38,196 nucleotides of DNA, from contig CAZPYF010000002.1 of assembly GCA_964590015.1 (NCBI GenBank), positions 1-38,196 of the forward strand, in the 5' to 3' direction. The notes under the pieces were generated by a model. The model did no database searches, had not been told where the DNA came from, and saw nothing but the letters and a program-made list of their open reading frames with translations. The translations under genes and the position numbers were made by a program. Of this stretch, positions 1-9,722 are shown one piece after another (position 1 is the stretch's first letter; each line of letters opens with the position of its first letter). This DNA comes from an uncultured Burkholderiaceae bacterium (lineage in GTDB: Bacteria; Pseudomonadota; Gammaproteobacteria; Burkholderiales; Burkholderiaceae_B).

Positions 1-385
1 TGCGATATTCACGCTCATGATCAACTCGGGTGCCTACATCGCCGAGATCGTGCGTGGTGCGCTGCAGTCAGTTCCCAAAGGCCTGAAAGAAGCCGGCGAA
101 GCCATGGGCTTGCCGTTCTGGAAGATTCTGGCCTACATCATTGGCCCCGTTGCGCTGCGGCGCATGATTCCGGCCATGGGGAACCAGTGCATCATCAGCT
201 TGAAAGACTCATCGCTATTCATCGTGATTGGCGTGGCCGAGCTCACCCGTCAGGGTCAGGAAATCATTGCTTCGAACTTCCGTTCCGTCGAGATCTGGGG
301 CGCGGTCGCCGTCATCTATCTGATCCTTACAGGCTTTATTGCGCTCACGTTGAAGTTTGTTGAGCACAGGACTCAAATCGTATGA
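1..385 (+). CDS. glnP: Glutamine/polar amino acid ABC transporter permease (5'-truncated by window edge)
   Basis: Frame is open from position 2. Contains [14 protein letters not shown], the EAA loop ([11 protein letters not shown]) and [27 protein letters not shown], closely resembling the GlnP C-terminus. ATGA overlap with the downstream ATPase. Confidence 0.85.
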   Translation, partial: AIFTLMINSGAYIAEIVRGALQSVPKGLKEAGEAMGLPFWKILAYIIGPVALRRMIPAMGNQCIISLKDSSLFIVIGVAELTRQGQEIIASNFRSVEIWGAVAVIYLILTGFIALTLKFVEHRTQIV

Positions 386-1110
386 GCATGGTCGAGTTCA
401 AGAATGTCGTGAAGCGCTTTGGTGACAACACCGTGCTCGACGACATCAGCCTGGGTATCGATGCACAGGAAGTCGTGGTGGTGGTGGGCCCGTCGGGGTC
501 AGGCAAGTCCACCTTCCTGCGATGCATCAATGTGCTTGAAACCATTCAGGAAGGCGACATTATCGTCAATGGCCTCAGCGTAAGGGGTACCCCGGCGCAA
601 GTGCGCGAATTACGCCGTGAAGCGGGAATGGTATTTCAGCAGTTCAACCTGTTCCCTCAGCTTACTGCTTTGGAAAACGTCATGTTCGGCCCGCTGCACA
701 CGCGTGGCGTCAGCCGGCGTCAGGCTCGTGAGGAAGCCGAGGCACTAATGGCCAAGGTGGGGCTGGAATCGCGTATGGGCCACTTCCCTGGGCAGCTTTC
801 CGGTGGACAGCAGCAGCGGGTGGCCATTGCGCGCGCCCTTGCAATCAAGCCCCGTCTCATGCTGTTTGATGAACCCACGTCTGCGCTCGACCCCGAATTG
901 CGCTTCGAGGTTTTGAAGGTCATGCAAGACGTGGCCGAGGGCGGCATGACCATGGTGGTCGTGACTCACGAAATGGAGTTCGCGCGCCGTGTGGGCAGCC
1001 GTCTGCTCTTCATGGACGGCGGGAAGATCGCCGAAGACGGCGTGCCGGCAGAGCTGCTAAGCAACCCACCGACACAACGCCTTCGCGACTTTCTGCAGCA
1101 CGTGTCTTAA
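382..1110 (+). CDS. glnQ: Glutamine/polar amino acid ABC transporter ATP-binding protein
   Basis: Walker [10 protein letters not shown], signature [15 protein letters not shown], Walker B/D-loop [13 protein letters not shown]-loop VTHEM; [11 protein letters not shown] typical of the GlnQ family. Confidence 0.88.
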   Translation: MSMVEFKNVVKRFGDNTVLDDISLGIDAQEVVVVVGPSGSGKSTFLRCINVLETIQEGDIIVNGLSVRGTPAQVRELRREAGMVFQQFNLFPQLTALENVMFGPLHTRGVSRRQAREEAEALMAKVGLESRMGHFPGQLSGGQQQRVAIARALAIKPRLMLFDEPTSALDPELRFEVLKVMQDVAEGGMTMVVVTHEMEFARRVGSRLLFMDGGKIAEDGVPAELLSNPPTQRLRDFLQHVS

Positions 1111-1805
1111 CGCGGCACGCGAATCACGCGCATGGCGCTGACCTTGTCGCTCCCATCGGCGCGGATCTGTATGGTGACCTCGCGCGGAGTGAAGCCTTCC
1201 GGCACCTCGAGCGTGCCTTGCAGGTGCGTATAGCGTTCGAGTGATACAGGGAACGGTTCGAGTTCAACGTTGCCGTTGCGCCCGTTGCTGTAACGACCTG
1301 CCGCGGTCAGGCTAACTTCGCCGGTAAATTGCTGCGCCTTGTCGGCGTCTTGCATGACCAGTATGTGGTAATCGAGCCGCCCGTCTTCATAATTGAATGA
1401 CACAGCCCGTATGCCCGGCGAGGTTCCGCGTGGGTCATCCGGTGCCGTTTCCGTAAAGAGCGCGAGGTCGGAACTGAGGCGGTCGATTTCGGCCTGGCGG
1501 CGCTGCAGCTCTGTCTCTTGGGTTTCGATACGGCCTCTGGCCACTTTCAGGTCTTGCGCATGCTGATTCAATTGGACTTGCAGCCGCTGCTTGTCCATAT
1601 TGGAGCTGTTCAGGTCGTAATGGAGCTGTTCTGACTGCTCGACGGTGAGCCGTGTCGGCCCATAGCTTTTCTGCAGGAAAAGCAGACCGCCCGCGCCCAG
1701 GACGATGCCGGTGAGCATCAGAACCAGCCAGCGGGGGATGCCCCGGCGCCGCGATTGGCCATAGGCGGTCGGTCTGAATGCGTGTCGCTTGGACGATCCG
1801 AACAT
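1107..1805 (-). CDS. Conserved hypothetical membrane-anchored protein with coiled coil (DUF6776-like)
   Basis: Basic N-terminus, one TM helix (WLVLMLTGIVLGAGGLLFL), Q/L/E-rich heptad region, beta-rich C-terminal domain. SD-like AAGGA/AAAGGT upstream. The DUF name is from recollection only. Confidence 0.7.
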   Translation of the reverse strand: MFGSSKRHAFRPTAYGQSRRRGIPRWLVLMLTGIVLGAGGLLFLQKSYGPTRLTVEQSEQLHYDLNSSNMDKQRLQVQLNQHAQDLKVARGRIETQETELQRRQAEIDRLSSDLALFTETAPDDPRGTSPGIRAVSFNYEDGRLDYHILVMQDADKAQQFTGEVSLTAAGRYSNGRNGNVELEPFPVSLERYTHLQGTLEVPEGFTPREVTIQIRADGSDKVSAMRVIRVPR

Positions 1806-1844
1806 GGGATACCTTTATTCCTTTGTTGCATAATTGACCCCGGC

Positions 1845-1853
1845 AGTTTAACA
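1845..1853 (-). promoter_or_regulatory. Candidate extended -10 promoter (TGnTAAACT) for the 1107..1805 gene
   Basis: Minus strand reads TGTTAAACT about 40 nt upstream of the ATG. The identical 9-mer precedes ffs at 38129-38137. Confidence 0.4.
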
Positions 1854-1893
1854 AGGGCCTATTCTCGAGGAAACCTCCCCGGGGTGCCGGGCC

Positions 1894-2583
1894 TTACTGC
1901 TTCAGATGCTCGTCAAGCGTGCGCAAGCGCTCGGGCGTGCCAATGTCCATCCACATGCCCTTGTAGTGCTCGCCAATAACTTGTCGTCGCGCCATGGCGC
2001 CGCGTAGTAACGGAGCGAGCGGCGCGCGCTGTGCTGGATCCAACGCTGCAAACAATTGCGGGTCGTAGACGCCTATGCCCGAAAAGGTGAATGATCGGCC
2101 ATTGTTCATGCGCTGGCCCAGTTGGCCGGAATCGTTCAGTTCGAAATCACCCTCAGGGTGATGGGCGGGGTTATCGACCATCAGCAGCCAGGCTAGCGCG
2201 CCACCTTGCTTCATGTGTTGGGCGCATGATGCGGCGCGACCGAAATCCCAGTCGCACCAAATATCGCCATTCACGACCAGGAAGGGTTCCGAGCCGAGCA
2301 GCGGCAGCGCCCGCGCAATGCCGCCGGCCGTTTCCAGCGCCTTAGCCTCGACTGACCAGTGCAGGCGCGCATTGAAACGCCGGCCGTCGCCCAGCGCGGC
2401 TTGCAGCTGATGTGCGAGCCAAGCGCAGTTCACGACGATTTCACTTATGCCCGCCGCTACCAGCCGTTCAATCTGCCAGACGATCAGCGGTTTGCCGCCG
2501 GCTTCGAGCAGCGGCTTGGGCGTATGGTCGGTGAGCGGGCGCATGCGTTCGCCGCGGCCGGCGGCGAGAATCATGGCCTTCAT
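1894..2583 (-). CDS. murU: N-acetylmuramate alpha-1-phosphate uridylyltransferase
   Basis: MKAMILAAGRGERMRPLTDHTPKPLL nucleotidyltransferase motif, LETAGGI, NGDIW, DNPAHHPEGDF, WMDIGTPERL. Overlaps the amgK stop, giving the conserved amgK-murU pair. Confidence 0.9.
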   Translation of the reverse strand: MKAMILAAGRGERMRPLTDHTPKPLLEAGGKPLIVWQIERLVAAGISEIVVNCAWLAHQLQAALGDGRRFNARLHWSVEAKALETAGGIARALPLLGSEPFLVVNGDIWCDWDFGRAASCAQHMKQGGALAWLLMVDNPAHHPEGDFELNDSGQLGQRMNNGRSFTFSGIGVYDPQLFAALDPAQRAPLAPLLRGAMARRQVIGEHYKGMWMDIGTPERLRTLDEHLKQ

Positions 2584-3641
2584 CGCAGGCCGAACGGGTT
2601 AGTGGGCTCTACCCCTTGCAGCCGATCGATCACCCGAAGCAATGGCCGCAACGCGCCGTAGCGGCTGGCCACCTGACGAATGTATTCGTGTACCCGTGGC
2701 AGATGGTCAATGTAGTGATGCTTGCTATCACGCAGCGAAAGCCTCGCGAAGACGCCCAGAATACGAAGATTACGCTGCAGGCTCATCCATTCATAAGCGC
2801 GGTGGAACTCGGCGAAATCGTCGCCCACCGGCAAACCTGCCGCACGAGCGGCTTCCCAGTACCGGATGGCCCAATCGAGCTGCTCCGGTTCTTCCCAGGT
2901 GTAGCGAGCGTCGGTGACCAATGATGCAATGTCGTAGGTTATAGGCCCTGCCACCGCGTCTTGGAAATCGATGATGCCCGGCTCGCCGCCCTCGGTTTCC
3001 GGCAGCATGAGGTTGGGCGAATGAAAGTCGCGATGCACGAGCACGTTGGGCTGCGATGCGTTGTCGGCAACCAGTTGAGCGAAAAGCACGTTCAGGGCGT
3101 CGCCCTCACTCGCCGACAGCGTCGAACCACAGTGCTTTTGCACGTACCATTCCTGGAAGACGCCCAGCTCTTCAAGAAGCCTTGTGGCGTCGTAAACGGG
3201 CAGGCCTTCATAGGGCGCTTGCTGCATGCGAACCAATGCATGCAGGGCAGGGCGGTATAGTGCGTGCGTGGCCTGGGCGTTCAACCCTTCTTGCAATGCT
3301 TGAAAGTAGGTATGGGTGCCAAGGTCGGAAAGCAGTAAAAAGCCTTGATCGAGGTCTTGAGCCAGTATGCGTGGTACGCGTAAACCGGCTTGTTGCAAGC
3401 GCTCGGCAATGTGCACGAAGGGCCGGCAATCTTCATGCTGCGGCGGCGCGTCCATGATAATGGCCGTGCCGTCGCGCACATCGAGCCGAAAGTAGCGCCG
3501 AAAACTGGCGTCGCTCGAGGCGGGGCGCAGCGTGTGCGGTGCGATACCGAGTTCGGGCGATAGCGTGGCGAGCCAGGCGTGCAAGGCTGACAGACGCGAA
3601 TCGGCGTTGGAGATAGGGCGGGAATCCATGGTTTGCGACAT
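2580..3641 (-). CDS. amgK: Anomeric MurNAc/GlcNAc kinase (APH/phosphotransferase family)
   Basis: ASSDASFRRYFR, MDAPP, HRDFHSPNLM, IIDFQDA, LGVFARLSLRDSKHHY. Start moved to ATG 3641 (alternative 3629); the longer ORF-track start overlaps the lptD start region. Confidence 0.88.
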   Translation of the reverse strand: MSQTMDSRPISNADSRLSALHAWLATLSPELGIAPHTLRPASSDASFRRYFRLDVRDGTAIIMDAPPQHEDCRPFVHIAERLQQAGLRVPRILAQDLDQGFLLLSDLGTHTYFQALQEGLNAQATHALYRPALHALVRMQQAPYEGLPVYDATRLLEELGVFQEWYVQKHCGSTLSASEGDALNVLFAQLVADNASQPNVLVHRDFHSPNLMLPETEGGEPGIIDFQDAVAGPITYDIASLVTDARYTWEEPEQLDWAIRYWEAARAAGLPVGDDFAEFHRAYEWMSLQRNLRILGVFARLSLRDSKHHYIDHLPRVHEYIRQVASRYGALRPLLRVIDRLQGVEPTNPFGLR

Positions 3642-3748
3642 TCTCTCACTATAATACCGGGTCGCCTTTCTCGGAGAAGTGTGTTTCCCTGAGTACCGGC
3701 GGCTGGGCCAAAATATAATCGGTTTTGTTTTTGAGGGGCGAAACACTC

Positions 3749-6127
3749 GTGCGTTCGGTCTGGTGGACTTTACTTTTTGCTTATGGCTGCGGGCAGGCCG
3801 TCATGGCAGCCCCGCCGCAGGTTGAGGCGCTCAACGTGCAGGCGGCCGGCGATCTCCAGATCTCATCGCAACTGCGTACTCACATCCTCGAAGAAGACCA
3901 GATGTCGGCTTTTCTCATTGCCGACGACATTCATTCCGACGAAGACGGCCGGGTCGTGCTCGAAGGTAACGCGGAAGTGCGTCGCATCGATTCGGTGGTG
4001 AAGGGCGATCGCATCGATTACTTGCGCTCCACGGGTCAATTGCGCGTGCGGGGCAACGGCCTGATCATGCGCGATACCAACATCGTGCAGGCACCGGCCT
4101 TCGATTACAACGTCGATGCCGAAACGGGCGAGGTCACTGAACCCCAGTTTTGGCTGGGCGCCACAGGCGGTGCGGGCAGCGCCGAACGCGCCGATATCTT
4201 CAGCAACGATCACATGCGGCTGAACGATGTTACGTACACCGGCTGCCCCTGCCCCGATCCGGCGTGGTACATCAAGTCGCAGCAGGTTGATCTGCATTTT
4301 GAAGATAACGAGGGCATCGCCCGCCACGGTACGCTCTATTTCAAAGATGTGCCGATTCTGTATTCGCCGTATCTGAGCTTCCCGATTCGCCGCGAGCGTA
4401 AGTCGGGCTTTCTGTTGCCGACGTACGGCACGTCAACGGCCGGGGGTGTGGAATTCTCGGTGCCTTATTACTTCAATCTGGCGCCCAATTACGACCTCAC
4501 GCTCACGCCGCGCGTGCTGGCCAAGCGTGGCGCTCAGATGGGTGCGGAGTTCCGCTACCTGAGCGAAACCTACGCCGGCGAAATGCAGGGCACCTATCTG
4601 CACGATGATCGCCAGGCAAGCCGTGACCGCTGGTATTACGGCTGGCGGCATAATCAGGCGCTGGGCGGCGGCTTGCACGCGAGCTTCGACATCCGCCGTG
4701 TGTCAGACGACGACTATTTCCGCGACTTCTCGTCGCTGGGCCTGAACGAAGCCACCAACACCTGGTTGCCCAGCACCGCCGCACTGTCGTGGTGGGATTC
4801 CCCCTACATCGGCGGCACGTTGTCAGTACACAAGTACCAGACCCTGCAAGACCGCACCGCGAACTATTTGGTGCCGCAGTACGACAAGCTGCCGGAACTG
4901 TATGTTCGGGCGGCACGTTACGACTGGGGCGGTTTCGACGTGGTCTCGGAAAACTATGCCACGCGGTTCTCGATGCCGTTTTACTCGGGAACGCTTTCTG
5001 AGTTCGACTACTACCGAGACCACCGTATCGCACCCAATGGCAATCGGTTTACGTCGTACACGAGCGTGGCCTACCCCATCGTGCGCGCGGGCTGGTACAT
5101 CACGCCCAAAGTCGGCATGCATTTGAGCCAGTACAGCGTCGACTGGTTCGCCGATGAGCTGGTGCAGTATCGCGGCCGGAACCACACCCAGTCACGGGCG
5201 CTGCCCATCATGTCGATCGATTCCGGCATGACGTTCGAACGCGATGCCTCCTTGTTCGGTAATGCTGCCATTCAAACGCTGGAACCGCGCTTGTACTACC
5301 TGTATGTGCCGTATCGCGATCAAAGCGATATACCCGTTTTCGATACCGCGTACGCCGACTTCAGCTTCGCTCAGGCGTTCGGCGAGAACGTGTTCAGCGG
5401 TGGCTGGGATCGCATCGCCGATGCCAACCAACTCACAATAGGTCTCACCTCGCGCTGGCTCGACGCCGATTCCGGGTTCGAGCGGCTGTCCTTGTCGATT
5501 GCGCAGCGCATTTATTTCCGCGACCAGCGTGTCACGTTATGGCAGGGCGAACAGGCGCGCACACGCTCGAAATCCGACTACCTGTTGGGCGCCAGTGCGG
5601 CGTTAACCGATAAATTCAGTGTGCGGCTCGATGCTCAGTTCAACCCCGACTCGCGGGATCGCAACCGCATGACCGCCGGTGTGCGTTGGGAACCAAAGCG
5701 TCTGGCCAGTTTGTCGGCCTGGTACCGCTACCAGCGCGATCCTCGCCAGGTGTATGATCCGTCGCTGCGGCTCAACCCGTACGACGACCACGGCCGCGAG
5801 CAGGCCACCGTGGCCGGGCAGTGGCCGCTCACCAAGAACTGGTATGCCCTCGGGCGTTATGATTACTCCCTCAAGGAAAGCCGATCCACGCAGTCGATCT
5901 TGGGCGTCGAGTACAAGGGCGATTGCTGCTGGTCGGCACGGGTTGTGTTGCAACGTTATGCCGTGGCGCGCGACGAAGCCAATACGGCCTTGTTCTTTCA
6001 GCTTGAACTCGCCGGCCTGGGGGGCATTGGTTCCGATCCCATGGGCATGATCAGCGAACGGATCGCCGGATACCAGACGATCACTCCACCTATATCAGAA
6101 AAAACCGTCTTCGAGAGGTATCAATGA
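3749..6127 (+). CDS. lptD: LPS-assembly outer-membrane protein LptD
   Basis: Signal peptide, OstA-like N-domain, YTGCPC, RKSGFLLP, PYYFNLAPNYD, VSDDDYFRDF, LEPRLYYLYVPYRDQ, DANQLT, EYKGDCCW, FFQLELAGLG. GTG start at 3749 follows GAGGGG. Confidence 0.95.
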   Translation: MRSVWWTLLFAYGCGQAVMAAPPQVEALNVQAAGDLQISSQLRTHILEEDQMSAFLIADDIHSDEDGRVVLEGNAEVRRIDSVVKGDRIDYLRSTGQLRVRGNGLIMRDTNIVQAPAFDYNVDAETGEVTEPQFWLGATGGAGSAERADIFSNDHMRLNDVTYTGCPCPDPAWYIKSQQVDLHFEDNEGIARHGTLYFKDVPILYSPYLSFPIRRERKSGFLLPTYGTSTAGGVEFSVPYYFNLAPNYDLTLTPRVLAKRGAQMGAEFRYLSETYAGEMQGTYLHDDRQASRDRWYYGWRHNQALGGGLHASFDIRRVSDDDYFRDFSSLGLNEATNTWLPSTAALSWWDSPYIGGTLSVHKYQTLQDRTANYLVPQYDKLPELYVRAARYDWGGFDVVSENYATRFSMPFYSGTLSEFDYYRDHRIAPNGNRFTSYTSVAYPIVRAGWYITPKVGMHLSQYSVDWFADELVQYRGRNHTQSRALPIMSIDSGMTFERDASLFGNAAIQTLEPRLYYLYVPYRDQSDIPVFDTAYADFSFAQAFGENVFSGGWDRIADANQLTIGLTSRWLDADSGFERLSLSIAQRIYFRDQRVTLWQGEQARTRSKSDYLLGASAALTDKFSVRLDAQFNPDSRDRNRMTAGVRWEPKRLASLSAWYRYQRDPRQVYDPSLRLNPYDDHGREQATVAGQWPLTKNWYALGRYDYSLKESRSTQSILGVEYKGDCCWSARVVLQRYAVARDEANTALFFQLELAGLGGIGSDPMGMISERIAGYQTITPPISEKTVFERYQ

Positions 6128-7644
6128 TGCGCAGTGTGCATGCCCGGCGCCGCTTGGCCGCCATGCTGATCCCGTTGCTGGGCGCCAGCGTCGTATCAGT
6201 CAGTCTGGCCGCCACGCCCGATTCCGGGGCCCGTCAGAAGGCTGTCAGTCAGTCGTCGCAGCAATTCGTCGACGGTATCGCCGCGGTGGTGAACCGGCAA
6301 GTCATTACGCTGAAGCAGGTCAACGACGAAACGGCTGCAGCGCAGCGCAGCTTGAAAGCGCAGAATATTCCCGTTCCCGAGCGCAGCATTCTGCAGCGCC
6401 AGGTCTTGCAGCGCATGATCGTTCAAGAACTGCAGCGCCAGGAAGCCGAGCGAGTCGGTATCCAAGTGAACGATGGTCAGCTTGAGCGGGCGGTGGAAAA
6501 CATCGCTCAGCGCAATCGCGTCTCGGTCGAACAGTTGCGACGCACTATCGAGCAATCCGGCGCCACATGGAACGACTATCTCGACGATCTGCGCACCGAG
6601 TTGAGGTTCGATCTTTTGCGTCAGCGCGTGGTTGATTCCACGGTCAACATCAGCGATGCCGAGGTCGACGCCTTCTTGCGGAACCAGGGTCGCGATTTAC
6701 CCGCCGCACCCGCGCCGGCACGCGCCGCTGCACCCGCTCCGGCGCCGGCACCACAACAGCAGGTCGCGCCGCGCGTGCTGGGTCTGGCTCAGATCCTCGT
6801 GGCTGTACCTGAAACTGCATCATCGGGCACAGTGAATGAGCTGCAGCAGCGTGCAGAAGCACTGTTGGCCAAAGTTCGGGGCGGTGCAGACTTCGCCGGT
6901 CTGGCGGCGTCGTCTTCTGATGGCCCGCAAGCGCTTGAGGGCGGCGTACTGGGTGTGCGGCCCGTCGAAGGCTGGCCCGATCTGTTTCTTGAGGCCACGC
7001 GTGGGCTTAAAGCGGGGCAGGTATCGGGTGTCATCCGTAGCGGCCAGGGCTTTCATATTCTCAAGGTGCTCACCTGGGGCGAGGAGCCGCGTGCCACTCA
7101 GCAGCCGGCTCAACCCGATGTCTCGATTGCACCCACGAATCAGCCGCCGGTTCAGCAAGGCCCCATGATCGTGACGCAAACGCATGCGCGGCACATTCTT
7201 GTGCGCACCAATCAGATCACCAACGATGAGCAAGCCGAGCAGCGCCTGCGCCAGCTGCGTGAACGTATCGTGAGTGGCGGCGAGTCGTTCGAAGATCTTG
7301 CGCGGCGCCATTCCGACGATGGCACGGCGCCGCAAGGCGGCGATCTGGGGTGGTTATCGCCCGGCGAAACGGTACCCGCGTTTGAAAGCGCCATGAACGC
7401 CTTGCAGCCGGGCCAGATCAGTGAGCCCATCAAATCGCCCTTCGGCTGGCACATCATTGAGGTGCTCGAACGGCGTAATGAAGACATGGGTGCAGAGTTT
7501 CAACGCATGCAGGCTCGCCAGATACTGTTCCAGCGCCGCATCGAGCCGGCTGTGGAGCAATGGATCAACCAGCTATACGGGCAAGCCTACATCGAGAACC
7601 GGCTTGACCCCAGCTCGAATCGCACCACCGTCGGGCCCCGCTAA
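6124..7644 (+). CDS. surA: Periplasmic chaperone / peptidyl-prolyl isomerase SurA
   Basis: [10 protein letters not shown]-domain and two parvulin domains (QILVAVPE...GFHILKV; THARHILVR...GGDLGW...[10 protein letters not shown]). Directly after lptD. Confidence 0.93.
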   Translation: MMRSVHARRRLAAMLIPLLGASVVSVSLAATPDSGARQKAVSQSSQQFVDGIAAVVNRQVITLKQVNDETAAAQRSLKAQNIPVPERSILQRQVLQRMIVQELQRQEAERVGIQVNDGQLERAVENIAQRNRVSVEQLRRTIEQSGATWNDYLDDLRTELRFDLLRQRVVDSTVNISDAEVDAFLRNQGRDLPAAPAPARAAAPAPAPAPQQQVAPRVLGLAQILVAVPETASSGTVNELQQRAEALLAKVRGGADFAGLAASSSDGPQALEGGVLGVRPVEGWPDLFLEATRGLKAGQVSGVIRSGQGFHILKVLTWGEEPRATQQPAQPDVSIAPTNQPPVQQGPMIVTQTHARHILVRTNQITNDEQAEQRLRQLRERIVSGGESFEDLARRHSDDGTAPQGGDLGWLSPGETVPAFESAMNALQPGQISEPIKSPFGWHIIEVLERRNEDMGAEFQRMQARQILFQRRIEPAVEQWINQLYGQAYIENRLDPSSNRTTVGPR

Positions 7645-7646
7645 GC

Positions 7647-8432
7647 ATGGCCCATCAGGCACGCAAACGTTTTGGGCAACACTTTCTGGTCGATGAAGCG
7701 GTCATCGATCAGATCGTACGCGCCATACGGCCCGAGCCCGACGACAATATGGTCGAAATCGGGCCCGGCCTGTCGGCACTCACTTCGCCGCTACTGGCGG
7801 CAGTGGCCAAGCTCACCGTGGTCGAGCTTGATCGAGACCTTGCCCGAGGCCTTCGCGCCGCGTGGCCGGCGGAGCGCCTTAATGTTGTGGAAGCCGATGC
7901 CCTGAGCGTCGACTACAGTGCCATGGGCGCGCCATTGCGCATTGTGGGCAACCTGCCCTACAACATCTCAAGCCCACTCTTGTTTCATCTGGTCGACCAT
8001 GCCGATGTCGTGCGCGACCAGCATTTCATGTTGCAGCGCGAAGTCATCGACCGCATGGTGGCCGAGCCCGGTAGCAGCGATTATGGCCGGCTCACCGTGA
8101 TGCTGCAGGCTCGGTATTCCATCGAAAAGCTTTTCGATGTGGCACCCGACGCATTCGATCCGCCCCCCAAGGTTGTTTCGGCGGTAGTGCGCATGGTGCC
8201 CCTCGCATCCGACCGCGATCGGCCGGCCAGCGAGCAGGCCTTTGCGAGCCTGGTCACCCGCGCGTTTTCTCAACGACGCAAAATGCTTCGGCGCGTGCTG
8301 GCCGACTGGGCCGATGACATACCTTGGGAAGCGCTCGGCGTGGCGCCCACCGACCGCGCAGAAACGGTCAGCCCGAAGCAGTTCATGGCCATGTCAGACC
8401 AGCTTGTCGCAGCAGGCCGGCTGCCTAAGTAA
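7647..8432 (+). CDS. rsmA: 16S rRNA (A1518/A1519) dimethyltransferase KsgA
   Basis: [61 protein letters not shown]. Confidence 0.95.
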   Translation: MAHQARKRFGQHFLVDEAVIDQIVRAIRPEPDDNMVEIGPGLSALTSPLLAAVAKLTVVELDRDLARGLRAAWPAERLNVVEADALSVDYSAMGAPLRIVGNLPYNISSPLLFHLVDHADVVRDQHFMLQREVIDRMVAEPGSSDYGRLTVMLQARYSIEKLFDVAPDAFDPPPKVVSAVVRMVPLASDRDRPASEQAFASLVTRAFSQRRKMLRRVLADWADDIPWEALGVAPTDRAETVSPKQFMAMSDQLVAAGRLPK

Positions 8433-9654
8433 AGAACCAGTAGCACACGGCAATCGCAGCCAGAACGCCTGCCAGGTCGGCCAGTAGCGCGCAGCCGATG
8501 GTGTGGCGCACGCGCTGGATGCCTACCGCGCCGAAATACACGGCCACGACGTAGAAGGTGGTTTCCGTACTGCCTTGCATGGTCGCCGCCAGCAGCGCAG
8601 GAAAGCTATCGACGCCAAAGTGCTGCATGGTCTCGATGAGCATCGCTCGCGCGGCACTGCCCGAGAACGGTTTGACCATCGCAGTGGGTAACGCGTCGAC
8701 AAATCGGGCGTCGAGGCCGGCCCACAGGGTGGCTTCGCGTATGCCCATGAGCAGCATATCGAGCACGCCCGAAGCGCGCAGCATGCCCACGGCACAAAGC
8801 ATCGCTACCAGGTAGGGCAGCAGGCTCTTCGATACATCGAAGCCGTCTTTGGCACCTTCGACGAACGCTTCATATACCGGCACCTTCTTGATGGCGCCGC
8901 ACACCAGAAACAGCACGATGATGCTCGCAAGCACCAGGTTGCCCAGCAAGGCAGACGTTGCGCTGATGGCGGCCGCACCCATGCCGGCAAGCAACGCCAT
9001 TGTGCCTCCGATGGCGAGTGCGGTACCGGCCAGCCAAAGCAGAACGACGGGGTCGTGTAGGCGCAAGCGCTGCATGAAAGCGACCGACAGCAATGCAGCG
9101 AGTGTCGAGGCGCTAGTGGCCAGAAGGATGGGCAGAAAGACGAGGGCCGGCTCAGCAGCCCCTTGTTGTGCCCGGTACATGAAGATCGTGACGGGTAACA
9201 GGGTCAGCGACGAGGCATTCAAGACCAGGAAGAGAATCTGGGCGTTCGTGGCCGTTTTGGGGTCTGGATTCAGGGTTTGCAGCGCGTGCATGGCCCGCAG
9301 CCCGATGGGCGTTGCGGCGTTGTCGAGCCCCAGCCCGTTCGCCGCGAAGTTCATCGTGATGAGCCCCAACGCGGGATGCCCGGGGGGCACATCGGGCATC
9401 AAGCGGTGAAATAAAGGTGCTAGCAGACGTGCCAGGCCCTGCACCAACCCTGCTGCCTCTGCAATGCGCAAAAAACCGAGCCACAGTGTGAGGGTGCCAA
9501 ACAGCAGCAGCATGATCTCGACCGACAGGCCCGCCATGTCGAACAAGGCCGCCACAATGCGCGAGAAAACGTCGGGATCGTGCAACACCAGCCACTGGAA
9601 GAGCGCGGCGAGCATCGAGACGACAAAGAAGGCGAGCCAGAGCGTATTGAGCAT
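8425..9654 (-). CDS. SpmA/SpmB fusion, nucleoside-recognition (Gate) domain membrane protein
   Basis: Multi-TM protein with [15 protein letters not shown] (SpmA-like) and [12 protein letters not shown] / [16 protein letters not shown] (SpmB-like). Start MLNTLW at 9654. Confidence 0.85.
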   Translation of the reverse strand: MLNTLWLAFFVVSMLAALFQWLVLHDPDVFSRIVAALFDMAGLSVEIMLLLFGTLTLWLGFLRIAEAAGLVQGLARLLAPLFHRLMPDVPPGHPALGLITMNFAANGLGLDNAATPIGLRAMHALQTLNPDPKTATNAQILFLVLNASSLTLLPVTIFMYRAQQGAAEPALVFLPILLATSASTLAALLSVAFMQRLRLHDPVVLLWLAGTALAIGGTMALLAGMGAAAISATSALLGNLVLASIIVLFLVCGAIKKVPVYEAFVEGAKDGFDVSKSLLPYLVAMLCAVGMLRASGVLDMLLMGIREATLWAGLDARFVDALPTAMVKPFSGSAARAMLIETMQHFGVDSFPALLAATMQGSTETTFYVVAVYFGAVGIQRVRHTIGCALLADLAGVLAAIAVCYWFFT

Positions 9655-9722
9655 ACGCCATAATACCGACAGTGCCGGCTTTTTTCCGGCGTCACACCTG
9701 AATTTTGAGAGGTTGAAGGGGC

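Noticed and set aside
1836-1893. Short stems (GAGG-AAA-CCTC, CCCCGGGG, CCCGGCA...TGCCGGG) as a riboswitch or REP element
   Set aside because: Stems are short in GC-rich DNA, match no aptamer I recognise, and have no second copy in the window.
2580-3641. Aminoglycoside resistance phosphotransferase
   Set aside because: APH fold, but the motifs and the murU/lptD context identify AmgK.
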